Below the pieces are notes generated by a model. That model was given only the letters and a program-made list of their open reading frames with translations, was not told the DNA's origin and made no database searches. Below are positions 13,477 to 25,490 of a stretch of 64,000 nucleotides of DNA, piece by piece. Each line of letters starts with the position of its first letter. Position 1 is the stretch's first letter. The position numbers were made by a program, and so were the translations under genes. The stretch is from contig NW_024704743.1 in NCBI RefSeq assembly GCF_018977255.1, positions 60,886,001 through 60,950,000 on the forward strand, given 5' to 3'. Source of the stretch: Callorhinchus milii (Eukaryota).

Positions 13477-13786
13477 CAGAAGTCGCTGGGAACACACAGC
13501 AGGTCAGGCAGCACCTATTGAGAAAGGAAAGTGAGTCAATGTTTCAGGTCCACGACCGTTTGTCAGAACTGGGCATGTTAGTGTGTTCCCAACATGCCCC
13601 AGTTCTGACGAAGGGTCGTGAACCCGAAACATTGACTCACCTTCCTTTCTTCACAGATGCTGAGTATTCCCTCCCCCATGCTCGAACCCTGACACCTGAC
13701 TGTTCAGCGCTTTGGGACGTCCTTCCGACGTGAAAGGCGCTCTATAAATGTCATTTTGTTGTTGTTGTTGTTCCCAGCGACTTCTG
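13477..13786. mobile_element. Palindromic (fold-back) Penelope-like remnant carrying two hammerhead-like motifs, interrupted by an L2 tail (~13672-13770)
   Basis: 13510-13579 is the reverse complement of ~13591-13661. cagaagtcgctgggaa (~13477-13492) pairs with ttcccagcgacttctg (13771-13786). CTGACGA..GAAAC core in the right arm. Confidence 0.7.
13601..13637 (+). ncRNA. Minimal type-I hammerhead ribozyme-like motif (probably degenerate)
   Basis: AGUU-CUGACGA-A-GGGU(cguga)ACCC-GAAAC-AUU-GACU. Stem I, stem II and core boxes are present; stem III is vestigial. Confidence 0.55.
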
Positions 13787-15514
13787 TTTTTGTTTTCCAC
13801 TGTATACAATACTTGCGCTACAGTTAATGATGAAGGGACATTGACAGCATAGTGCTCTTCTCTTAAAATCATTTGTTAAATGTTATCTATGAATTCAATC
13901 CAGCTTTATGACATTGAAATGTGTCCCAGTTGCTGCGAGAATGCAGCACGCCCACAGTATAACTGCCAGCCTAAACAAAGAGCTTGTGTTCCCACTTAAG
14001 GCTTGAATCCACAACGTTCTGACCTAAAGGCAGGGGTGCAAGTGATGGAGCCAAACTGACACAGACTCAAACTGCTAAGACAATGTCCTTCTTTAGTTTC
14101 TTCCTGGACTTATTCTTGAATGACATTCTAAATTGCAAAAAATCATTTCAGTGCCAGATTACCTTTCTACCTTTTGTAAATACGGCAGTTTGACCACAAC
14201 CTATATTTATACAGTGCACTTTACCAGGACAGAGCACTGCAGGGCTGGATGCCAACCTAGGGAGCAGGAAGAGGGGGAGGTGACCATAGGCAGGATCGGA
14301 AATGTGGGTCTTCAGGTGGCATTTGAAGATGAATATAGTGTTTGGAGGGATGGGTGGAGAGGGATTCAGGCAGGAAGTACCAAGGGCTGGGGGGGTCATG
14401 CCTGAAATTATCCATATATTGTAAAATTGTCTATTTGAAAGTATGATGAAGTGGATGTCATGTTCCTGTTTGGAATCACCAGAAGTCCTTTCTGGCACAG
14501 AGAAAAAGATGAAAAGGTGTACGTCTCACCTGCGAGACCTCGGACCTGATGACATCTCCACGAGTCATCGTGGACATACATGTGTTTGCTCGCAAGAGAA
14601 GCACTTTACATCTCAAAGAGCCCTCTACGTCTCCAGCGCTAGGTGCCATTTACGCTGTTGTTTTCCCGATGAGCCCTTTATCTAGTTTTACTGTTTGCTT
14701 CAAGAATGAGGGAAAATATATTGATGCTGTAAATTGTAAGGTCTTAAGTGTACCCATGTTGAGGCACAGCCTATCCAGTTCGGCTTTGAAAGACTGTCTG
14801 TTCTGTAATGTGTTCTGTAAACAGATGCTGTCTTCATTCTGCGCTGGAGCTGGCAGCTTTCAGATATTTTACCCAGAAGTGCGTTATAGTTGGCAGCTCC
14901 GTTTTGTTGACCTTAACATGCTTTCCCCCCCTCTTAATGTATGTCCTTTTAGTTGTATTAGAGTTTGCTTCTATGACTGTGCCAAGACTTCTGCTGCTTG
15001 CTTTGAGTCTCGGACAGTGTAATTGAACAGAAAAAAATATATTTTTTATAAGAGATGTAATCTTATGATTGCCTTTCCCTTCAGCTCTACCTCTTGAGCC
15101 AGATTTGCATTTCACTCGGATTGCCATCACTCATCCACTGAATTTTATTTAACATTGAAAAAAGACAAAACTTTTTTCTGAATATATTTTCTGATCTTTG
15201 TAGCCATATTACTGTATAGTTTAAATGCTTTATGAATACAACAGCCCAGTAATGTTCAGCTATTGTGGCAGCAATTTGTCTTGTTTACTGGGGAGGTGGG
15301 GATGGTTGCATGCGGAGGTATATTGCTTCTGCTCTCCTCTCCCCTCAGCTATTTCAGGCTTGCTATGCATCCCCTGCCTCCTTTGCACCACCATCAGCAA
15401 CCAAACCTTCAGCAACCACCTCTGGTATTCCCTTTTTTCTAACCGTCTTTCTATCTGCATTTGAATCCTACTTAAAAAGGTACCTCTTCAACCATGCCTA
15501 TGCTCACCTCCCCC

Positions 15515-15883
15515 TTATTATAATAATAATAATCCTTGCATTTGATATAACGCCTTGTCACATCCTCAAGATATCTCAAAGCGTTCCACAGAATATACTG
15601 TAAAGTGGATTAACTGTATTTTGTGGGCGAAACATGGCAGTCAATTGATGACAGCAGTGTACCACAAGCAGTCATGGTGACCAAATTTAAAAAAATATAT
15701 TTTTGAAAGAATCATTATCCCTGGAAAAGCAATCCACCCATCGATTATCAAACAGGTTCCTACTTACTGCTAGGTAAACAGAGGCATGTGGAGTAAGGAA
15801 ACTTGCCTAACGTTTCGCCTTGTTCAGCAATCAAACCCAAGATTGTGAGGCAAGTGCTCTAACCACTGAGCTACAGGACTCCA
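15515..15883 (-). mobile_element. Full-length tRNA-derived SINE (family A, (TTA)n tail)
   Basis: Reverse complement reads tggagtcctgtagctcagtggttagagcact (A-box, tRNA-like)...gtttacctagcagtaagtaggaacctg...aaatgcaaggattattatt. Confidence 0.88.
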
Positions 15884-16289
15884 CAGATGAAGATAGGAAC
15901 ACAGGAACAAGAATAGATCATTTGGCCAATCAAGCCTGTCCCACGGTTTCCAAGATTGTGGATGGTCCACAACTCAATCCCACCTCCCCGCCCTTTCGCT
16001 ATATATACCACATGTTGCTGTCCTTCCGAAGAAACATTACACTGAGGTCCCATGTGCCTGCGTATGTGGATGGCAAAGATTCTATGACCCTATTTAAAAA
16101 GAGAAGGAAATTTCTCCTAGTAACCTGGCCAAGAATTTTTCAGTTAAAAATGTAATATTTTGGTCTCACAAACTAATGGCCGTTTGTGAGACACTTCTGT
16201 GTTTGCTTTCAACGATAGAGTTGCTACATTTTACAGCAATTTCCTGTGAAGCACCTTGAGACATTTTGACATTAGATATCATTCTCGCA

Positions 16290-16500
16290 AACAACAACAA
16301 GATTACATTTGTATAGTGCCTTTCATGTCAGGAGGACGTCCCAAGGCGCTGGACAGTGTACAGCATTTCAGACCCGAGCTGGGGTCAGGGGGGAGAGGGG
16401 AGGGGAGGGGAAGGAGGGTGGCCGATGGCATGGTCGAAGAGGAGGGTCTTGAGGCGGGACTTGAAGGAGGCTAAGGAGGGGGCGAGGCGCAGTGACTGGG
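16290..16500 (-). mobile_element. L2 3' end
   Basis: acaacaacaagattacatttgtatagtgcctttcatgtcaggaggacgtccc tail. Confidence 0.8.
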
Positions 16501-17214
16501 GAATGGAAAATTAGCCAGAAGTGTTCAAGTGTTCAGTGTTACATTCTGTTACTCTTGATTATCTTTTGTAAATATACAATGCAACTTGCAGCAATATCTT
16601 TACAAAGGCAGCTTGGTGTAGGTGTGATCTTTACAGTTCTGCTGCTTTCAAATAATTCCATTTGGAAGCAGAGTTGAACCAATATCAGCACACTAATTCC
16701 AAACACCTTAAGGAATCAAAGGGACAATTACTGTAGGAGATAGTGGTGCAAGAGTTTAATGCAGTGATGCTGCTATCAATCAGGCAACTGAATGTAATTT
16801 ACATTAAAAGGTACTTCAATTGTTTCACTCATTGGAGTAGACATGGAGACCACCTAAATTGAACCACAATATCATAAAGACAAACCCAATCAACAGACTG
16901 CTACAAGCTGCAAAAGATTTGTTTTCAATCTTTGGACAGAATCACAATTTGAATTTGTCATGACCATTGACAGCCTTTCAAAGCGTTTGAATCTATCTCT
17001 AACATAGCACCAATGATATAGCTTGATATACAACCAAGGATGTGTCAGAAAAACGTTTTAATTATGCAACACTATCTCCACGTTACATATTGACATTGAA
17101 TGGCCACTTTTAATGAATAGGATGATGTGCTTTATTACGTAAGCCATTATTATTAATAATAATTCTTGCATTTAATATCAAGCCTTTCACATCAGGAAGA
17201 CATCTCAAAGTGCT

Positions 17215-17582
17215 TTAACAACAGCAGCAACAACTTGCACTAAGGGTAGGGTCTCAGAGCACTTAACAGTGGCGGAGCCTGACTCCAAGCCGGGGGGAGG
17301 TGGCTGTAAGCATGGTCGAAGAAGAAGGTTTTCAGACAGGACTTGAAAAAGGGGAAAGAGGGGACAAGGTGGAGGGATTGAGGGAGAGTGTTTCATAGTT
17401 TCGGGGCGTAGTGGCTGAAAACGCGACCTCAATGGTGGGCGAGGGACAATCAGGAAGCCGGTGCCAGTCTAGCGGAGGTGCAGGGTGGTGGATTGGGGAG
17501 TGAGGAGGTCGGAGAGGTAGAGAGGTGCCAGAGCGTGAAGGGATTTGAACACGAATGTGAGAATCTTGAAGCCGATCCATGC
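17215..17582 (-). mobile_element. L2 3' fragment inserted in a SINE tail
   Basis: acaacagcagcaacaacttgca start and antisense ORF2 end. SINE tail precedes it (~17150-17215) and SINE-like sequence resumes after ~17585. Confidence 0.7.
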
Positions 17583-17842
17583 GGTGATGGATTTACAGGA
17601 TTTACTCTAAGGTATAATGACTGCATTTTGTGGGCAGACACTTAATAGTGATAATGTGAACAATAGCAAATGAGAGGAAGCTAGGAGCATCTGTGGTCAG
17701 ACAACACAAAATATTCCTTCTTAGAATTTTTTTCACAGAAAATGTTGCCATAAAGGCTGCACAAAGGGTTCAATACAAAGGGCTTGCACCTTGCACAGAC
17801 TACGTTTGTTTTATTGAACTGGATTTTTCCTTGTTTTCCCAG

Positions 17843-17996
17843 GTGGGGTGTAAGGTGCTGCACTTCTTCCTCCAGTACATGCTGGGCTGCAATTACTTCT
17901 GGATGCTCTGTGAAGGGATCTACTTGCACACACTGATTGTGGTGGCAGTATTTGCTGAGGAACAACACCTGCACTGGTACTATCTGCTGGGCTGGG
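17843..17996 (+). CDS. CALCR: CALCR exon (TM3-ICL2-TM4 start): [51 protein letters not shown]
   Basis: ttgttttcccag acceptor and gtatgt donor. 154 bp, in frame with the previous exon (phase 0). Contains the [13 protein letters not shown] signature. Confidence 0.97.
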
Positions 17997-19052
17997 GTAT
18001 GTATGATAATGAGGAAACACAAAAAGAAACAATAACTTTATATAGCACCCTTCACTGAGATGTCAGCCTAGACTATGAGTTCAACATCTCAACTTGAACC
18101 CACAATCTTCAGATTCAAATGCAAGAGTGCTACCAACTGAGCAAGGCTGACAACTAGGAAAAGTTCCATTAAAGGAACACACTTCACGACAATTTGTCTG
18201 GTGATTTGTATTCTCTCTCTCTGTTGGACAGGGAGAGGAATCAGGATACCATTAGTTAATATTCAATACAAGAATGCAATTCAATTCAACAGCATTTGAC
18301 CTTTCTTCGTGAAGACAGTATCCCTTTAAATTAACTGTTTTCTATGTGCTTTTTTTAGGTTTTGTTTAAGAAAAAATGAGCTTTGGGGGAGAATTTCAGT
18401 CCAGTACATTATGAATATTAAAGAAGATGACGGCATGCAATTTGGGGAGTAAAATAAATAAAGGACAATTAATATATGTGCAAAATTCTGAAATTCTTTG
18501 CTTTGAGAAAAAACAAGTTTTCCATAAACTTCTTAGTAATGAATCATTGTAAGTTTAGTTAGTTATTTCTGTACCTTGGAGCAACTTTAACAATAGTTTA
18601 TTCTTTTAGATTTTCTGTAAACAGGGATACAAGATGACGAACAAGGGTCTGACATGTTGATTTGCATTTGTGAATATATTCTTTCAACTTAAATTTTCAG
18701 TTGTACGTCATAGCCATGAATTTATTTGTCTATAACTATGGAAAAGTTGCAGGTGCAGACTCAATTCTAACTTCTTATCCATTCTTGCAAGACTTTGATA
18801 AGACGCTTCTGTCCCACTTGTGCCCTAAAGGCTGTGACATATTGCATATCCAATTTCCTCTGGGAATCCACTTTATTTTCAAACAACCCCACGTTCACCA
18901 TCCTGCTAGATTTTACATTAAGATGTGTTCACTTTTTAAAATTTATCACATTAACTTTTAGTTATCTTCTTCACTGCAAGATTGTTGGGGTGGGGTGGTG
19001 GGGGCGGAGAGATTTTCTTTTGTTCTTTAGTATGTGGAATGCCTTTGCATGA

Positions 19053-19395
19053 TGATAATAATAATAATACTTGCATTTGATATAGCTCCTTATCATGTCT
19101 TCTAGATGTCTCAAAGCGCTTCACACAATGTACCGTAAAGTGAATTGACTGTATGTTTTGTGGGTGAAATGCGGCAGCCAATTGCACACAGCAGTGTCCC
19201 ACAAACAGTCATGGATTCAGTGATCAAATTATTATTTTTTTTTGAAGGGATTGTTACACCCTGAAAAGCATTCTGCCAATTGACTAACAACCAGGTTCCT
19301 ACTCACTGCTAGTTAAACAGAAGCGTGTGATGTAAGGAAACATGCCCAAATTTTCGCCTTGCCCGGGAATCTTGCTTGCAAGGCGAGTGCTCTAA
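19053..19395 (-). mobile_element. tRNA-derived SINE family A, near full length
   Basis: Same sequence as 15515-15883. Confidence 0.88.
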
Positions 19396-19614
19396 TGCAG
19401 AATGATATTTGTCACAGAATAAAGGAGGAAATGGTCAGCACCTTGCTTCATTTCTTTACCTGAACTTATCCTGACATCTTAAAGTAGCTGTGAAAGGTGG
19501 TGCTTGCTTTTTCTGATACTGTGCCACTGTGCCAGTTACTGAGACTCGAAAGTCAGTTGACATAACTTGGAAAACACACAAGATTGTTACTTCAGCCTAT
19601 GACTTTTTTCGAGT

Positions 19615-20028
19615 GTCAGCCTGGCTCAGTTAGCAGCACTCTTGTCTCTGAGCTGGTGGGTTCAAGCAGCACGTCGGGATTTGGAAATCATATAGGCGAG
19701 GCTAACACTCCAATGCGGTACTGGGGATGTGATGCATTGTTGGAGGGGTTATCCTTCAGATGACGCAATAAAGTGATGTTCTATCTGCCAGTTCAGATGA
19801 ATGTTAAAGATCCTATGACATTATTTGAAAAGGGAAGGGAATTTCTTGTCCTGGCCAACAATTCCCCCAAATAAAATTGGTCAATCACTTCATGGTTGTT
19901 TGTAGGACATTGCTGTGGGCCAACTGGCTGCTATGTTCACCCACAAATTAGTCATAGTACATCCTGAGAAGCACATTGAGATGTTGTTGTGACATGAAAG
20001 GCACAATATCAAATGCAAGGATTATTAT
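19615..20028 (+). mobile_element. Full-length Deu-domain SINE (family B, SacSINE1/AmnSINE-like)
   Basis: tRNA-like head gcctggctcagttagcagcactct..ggttcaag, core tgcattgttggagg..ccttcagatga..gttaaagatcc, and (TTA)n tail. Confidence 0.8.
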
Positions 20029-22687
20029 CCTTTGAACACCTCACCCTCTTCCATCCCTCTCTTCCACTGAAAATCCTTCTGGTCTACTGCCCCCCTAAGC
20101 CCACTGGCTCCTTCCTCTCTGACATTTATACTCTCCTCTCTTCCCTGTCCCTCTGCTCCGAACGCCTGCTCATAATGGACGATTTCAACCTCCACCTAAA
20201 CTCCCTTTGCACCACTTCTTCTGACTTCACTGCTCTCCTCTCCTCCCTAAACCTCACCCTTCACATTAATTCACTGATCCACAACCGTGGCCATGTCCTT
20301 GACCTCCTCACCACCCATGGCCTTGGCATTTCCAACCTCAGCATAGTGGACAAGGCCATCTCGGACCACTTCCTCATCGACTTCTCCTCTCACATTCCTC
20401 TCTCCTCCACCAAGCCCTCAACCATCCTCTACCACCCTTGGAAAAGGCTACCCACTGAGACCCTCACAAAGGCCCTCACATCCTCAAACATCCTATCCCT
20501 CTGGCCTTCCACCCACAGAGCTACTGAAGCAGCCATCCAGCTGCTCCATGATCCCTCTCCTCCACCTTCAACTCTTTCATCCCCCTGAAATCCAGGACCA
20601 TCTCCAAACCCACCCGATCCCCCGGCACAACAACCATCTCTGCTGCCAAAAAACCCAAACCCGGCTGCTCGAGCACAGATGGCGGAAAACTGGCCTGACA
20701 GTTCACCACCAACTGTGGTTCGAGCATCTCCACAGCTACCGCTGTACTTTGACAGGCTTGAAAACGGCCTTCTACTCCAACATCATCTTGGAGGCAAAAA
20801 CAATTCCAAAGTCCTTTTTTCCACCACCCACTACCTCCTCCGTACGCCCCCTCGGGCCTCCTCAATCTTCACATCTAATGCCAAGTGCGAGAAGGTCATG
20901 GACTTCTTTTCATCCAAAATACATAACATCCGCCAGGCAGCCTCATCCTCCTGCATCTTGTCACCCAGCACCATGCCCTCTCCGTCCCCCTCACCTTCCC
21001 CATCATTAGCTCCTACCACAACCCCCATCCTAAATTCCTTCCTCCCCTCTCTCCCTCCTCCCTCTCACACACCATCACTTCAATGAAACCCATCACCTGC
21101 TGCCTCGACCCCCTCCCCACCAACTTACTGGTCACCCAGCTCCCCCTCCTCTGCCCACTACTGGCTGATGTCATCAACCAGTCCCTCTCCTCTGGATCAG
21201 TCCCTGCCTCCCTCAAAACTGCTGTCATCACCCCCACTCCTCAAAAAACTTTCCCTAGATCCCTCACATTCCAGCCACTACGGCCCTACTTCAAACCTGC
21301 CCTTCCTCGCCAAAGTCCTAGAACGCGTTGTTGCCAATGCACACCTCTCCTCCCACTCCCTCTTCGAACCCCTCCAGCCCGGTTTCCGCCCACAGTACAG
21401 AGGCTGCACTTGTGAAAGTCTCAAACGACATACTCTCTATCTGTGACCAGGGCTCCTTCTGCCTCCTTGTCCTCCTGGACCTCTCTGCCGCGTTTGACAC
21501 TGTCGATCACGCCATCCTCCTCCACCGCCTTTCCTCAGTCATCCACCTCAGTGGGACCGCACTCGCCTGGTTCGAGTCCTATCTCACGAACCGCCAGCCG
21601 TACATCTGCACAACTGGCTTTTCCTCCCGATCTCATCTGGTTACCTGCGGGGTATCCTGAGGATCCATCCTTGGCCCCCTCCTCTTCCTAGTCTATATGC
21701 TCCCTCTTGGGGATGTCATCCACAGACATGGGGTACACTTCCACATGTATGCGGACGACACCCAACTCTATTTTTCCACCTCACTTTGCGACCCCCAGGA
21801 TGTTCTGTCAGCCTGCCTGTCAGACATCAGGAGCTGGATGAGTGAGAATTTCCTTTAGCTAAATGTTGACAACACAGAAGCCATACTCTTTGGCTCTCGT
21901 CAACATCTAAAATCACATTGTTCTCACATCCTTCACCTACCCGACCTCCCCCTAAAACTCTCCGAACCGTTACGCAACCTAGGCATCAGGTTCGACTCCC
22001 AATCATCCTTCCTCCCCCACATCCAGTCCCTCACCAGCACCGCTTTCTTCCACCTCCGACGCTTCGCCCGTCTCTGCCAATACCTCTCTTCAAAAGCCGC
22101 TGAAACCCTGGTCCATGCCTTTGTCACCTATCGGCTGGAGTATTCAAATGCCCTCCTCACCGGTCTCCCCTCCATTACCATTCATAAAATCCAGGTCATC
22201 CAGAACTCTGCCGCCCGCATTCGTACCCGCACCAAACTCCACTCCCTGATTACCCGAGTCCTTGCCATACTGCACTGGCTGCCTGTCCCAGAGAGGATCG
22301 ACTGCAAGATCCTCACTCTTGTCTTCAAACCCATCCACTCCTCTGCACCCCACTATCTCTCTGATCTCTCTCCTCACAATAGTGCCTGTTGCCTTTGTTC
22401 CACCGGGTCTGGCCTACTCCTTGTCCCCCGAGTCCTCCACTCCACCCTCGACGGCCGTACCTTCAGCCACTATGCCCAGAGGCTCTGGAACTTCCTTCCT
22501 CACTCCCTTTGCCTCGTCCCTTCTCTTCCTACTTTCAGGTCTCGGCTGAAGACCTTTCTTTTCGACCGCGCCTTTAGTCACCTTCCTCCCCCTCCCCCTG
22601 GCTCGGCCCCGGGATCCGTTACTGTGAAGCGCTCTGAGACGCCGTCCGGCGTGGAGGGCGCTATATAAATCCAAGTTGTTGTTGTTG
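20029..22687 (+). mobile_element. L2-clade LINE, 5'-truncated 2.66 kb copy with APE endonuclease part, RT and 3' tail; ORF2 broken by frameshifts and stops
   Basis: xDFNLH, GHVLDL and ISDHFLI (APE); LLDLSAAFDTVDH; YADD at 21748-21759; in-frame stops near 21658 and 21856; (GTT)n tail; ttattat target-site duplication. Confidence 0.96.
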
Positions 22688-24160
22688 TTATTATGACTTG
22701 CTTCAGCTGCATTAAAAAACAATAAAATATGCTAACTCTACTTAAATATCCTCAAAGGAATTTCTATCCTCTGTAACTCCGATTTTTCAGTGCCACACAT
22801 TTTGGTTTTAATGGGAAAAATGATCAGGTTCCTGTCTCAAATAGTACTGGGCAGGAAAAAAAGTGGACTTGATTATCCAACTATGAAGCAAGCAGTTTGG
22901 AGGAAAGGGAATACAGATTGAATAACTGCAGCCTCACTATCTATGTAGTGTTTGTACATTTCACAGAAACCTTGCTACAATTACAGATAGGAGCAAGAAA
23001 GCCTGAAACCTCTTGAAGCTATGGGCTTTCACAGTATTGTTTTGCTTTAACTAACCAGCTCCCAGATCAAGTTCTTTGAAGCATAATAAGTGACAGGAGG
23101 AAAAGAGATGTGAGACTGATACAGAAGGAATGAAAGATTTGCAATCTTAGCAACCTTTTCAGTTTTACCTTTTTTTTAATAACGTTTCTTATGCCATTAT
23201 TGCTTCTGTTTCGGATGAGACATTAAACTGAGTTCCTGTCCTGCCTGTCTGTTTTGATGAATATTAAAGATCTCAAGGCATTATTTGAAAAGAGAAAGGA
23301 GTTTCTCCAAGTATCCCGACCAACAATCCTCCAAATAAAATTAGTTATTCACTTCATGGCTGCTTAAGTCTCCTTGGGATGTCCTCCCAATGTGAAAGGC
23401 ACTGTATAAATGTAAATTTATATTGTGTAAATAACTTCTTGAGATCAGTATTGGGGGATATAATTATAGGGATTCATATACAATAGCAACTTGCATTCAT
23501 ATGGCGCCCTTCATGCAAGGCAGCATCTCAAAGTGCTGATATATACTGAGGTGAATAAAATCTCCATTGGACACAACGATTTATGTGCTGCTGGAGTGAG
23601 GAAGTTGGGAATGTTGTCTTTGGAATGAGGGGAAATGGTAGTGTGGTGGAGATGTTGGGAAAGATTAATTTTCTGGAGGTTGTGCTTCAAAGCTCACAGG
23701 AAGAGAAACGCTTTCTAGGCCAGAGAGGTGGGCGGGCGGACAGATAAAAAGAGATGCTTGAGAAGCGATATTATATTATGTAAAACTATACCTATGAGTT
23801 CTTTCTTGATTTTTGTTGATATTTTACATACAGGCCTCAGACCAAAAGTTTGTAAGAGTTTAATTATTTTCACACTGTCCCTCAAGCTTCCTCACTTCAG
23901 GATCTGGGAATTAGAGTTGTTTAACTTGATCAAAATTAGTTTAAATCAAAACGAATCCTTTATTCAGAATTTGATCTTCCACTAAAACAATAATCTGTCC
24001 ATTTCTTCTTAATGAAAAACAGCTTTCTGAAGATGAATATAACTTACATCACGCAATCCAATTTTTATTTGCATATATCAGTGGTGATTTATGAATCCAT
24101 TTCTTCAGGAATGCAGCCGCTAACAACATCTAATCTCTAAAAATTTCATTTTTTCTCCAG

Positions 24161-24221
24161 GGTTTCCTATAGTACCAGCTGCTATCCATGCTGTCGCCAG
24201 AACAAAATACTTCAATGACAA
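24161..24221 (+). CDS. CALCR: CALCR exon (TM4-ECL2): GFPIVPAAIHAVARTKYFND
   Basis: ttttttctccag acceptor and gtaagt donor. 61 bp, phase 1 in and phase 2 out. Completes the GWGFP motif. Confidence 0.96.
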
Positions 24222-24514
24222 GTAAGTGCCCTCTGTATTTTTTATTAACCATTTCCCCCATCTAGTTTTTCTCTACTTTCTTGAAGATATAGGAACACAA
24301 GAACCAAATTCAGCCCATCCAGCCCATTCTTTCATATTATTAAATACAAACAGAATGTTTAATCCTCACAGTCTAGACTGACACTGCAATGCAGTGCTTT
24401 GTGTATGTTGCATTGTCAGCGGTGCTATCCTTCAAATGAGACATTAAAACCGAGTCTGCCCTTTCATATAGATGTTAAAGATCCAATGATACTTGGAAGG
24501 GAGTTTCTCCTGGT

Positions 24515-25490
24515 TTCTTGAGGGCAAAGAGGGTAGGGGGGTGGCTGAAGTCATGCTCCAAGTGGAGGGTCTTGAGGCATGCCTTGAAGGAGGCAAGGGA
24601 ATGTGGGATGGAGTTCCAGAGGGTGGGAGCAGAGAGGTTGAAGGCTCGACCGCCAATGGTGGGGCGGGAGGGCAGAGGACATGGAGCAGGCTGGAGCCTA
24701 CTGAGTGGAGGGAGTGGACAGGTTAATAAAGGGTCAGCAGGTCAGAGATGTAGGAGGGGGTAAGGCCATGGAGGGCCTTGAAGGTGAGGACAAGAATTTT
24801 GAACTCTATCCTTTGAGGGATGGGGAGCCAGTGGAGTCGGGCGAGGGTGGGTGTGAGGGGTTATAGAGCCTGGTGCGGGAAAGGACATGAGCTGCAGGGT
24901 TCTGGATGATATGCAACTTGTGGAGGGAAGACTTGGAAAGGCTGACAAGCAGGGCATTAGCATAGTCGAGCCTGATTGTAATGAAGGCATGTCTGAAGGT
25001 TTCAGCGACCTGAGGGGTGAGGAAGTGGCGGAGTCAGGTAATGTTACAGAGGTGGGGGAAGGTAGAGTGGCATGAATGTGGGGGAGGAAGGACAGTTGAG
25101 GGTTGAACAAGGTGCTCAGGTTCCTGACTAGCTTGGTGAGGTGGTGTGTGCAACTGTGGATGGTGATGCTGCCGGTGCCTGAGGTGCAGAGGCGATGGTG
25201 CGAGCCAATCAGGAGAGCCTTGGTTTTGCTGACGTTCAAAGCTCTCATCCAGGACTTGATGTCTGATAGGCAGTCTGTCAGGACAACAGTGGTTCTGGGG
25301 TCGAGGGTGGAGGCAGAGAGATAGAGTTGGATGTCATCCGCGTAGATTTGGAAGTTGTCCCCATGTTTGCGGATGATGTCACCAAGAGGAAACATGTGCA
25401 GGTTGAAGAGGAGAGGACCGAGGACAGAGCCCTGAGGAACACTGCATGGGACGGTGCGGGGGCTGGAGGAGAAGCTATTTGTGGAAACAA
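24515..25490 (-). mobile_element. L2-clade LINE RT/C-terminal fragment, preceded by a Deu-SINE fragment (~24365-24510, +)
   Basis: ORF 24742..25524 contains [12 protein letters not shown] and YADDIQLY. Confidence 0.92.

Noticed and set aside
13510..13661. Hairpin as a pre-miRNA (CALCR introns host miR-489 in other vertebrates)
   Set aside because: No match to miR-489 as I recall it; the structure is better explained as a transposon-derived palindrome.
14549..15022. 157 aa intronic ORF
   Set aside because: No recognisable motif and no convincing splice context; probably a chance ORF.
152..17842. Cassette exon equivalent to the rodent CALCR ECL1 insert in the 17.7 kb intron
   Set aside because: I found no in-frame candidate with good splice sites. 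One ag..gt segment near 9416-9446 is 31 bp and would frameshift. Not exhaustively excluded without RNA-seq.
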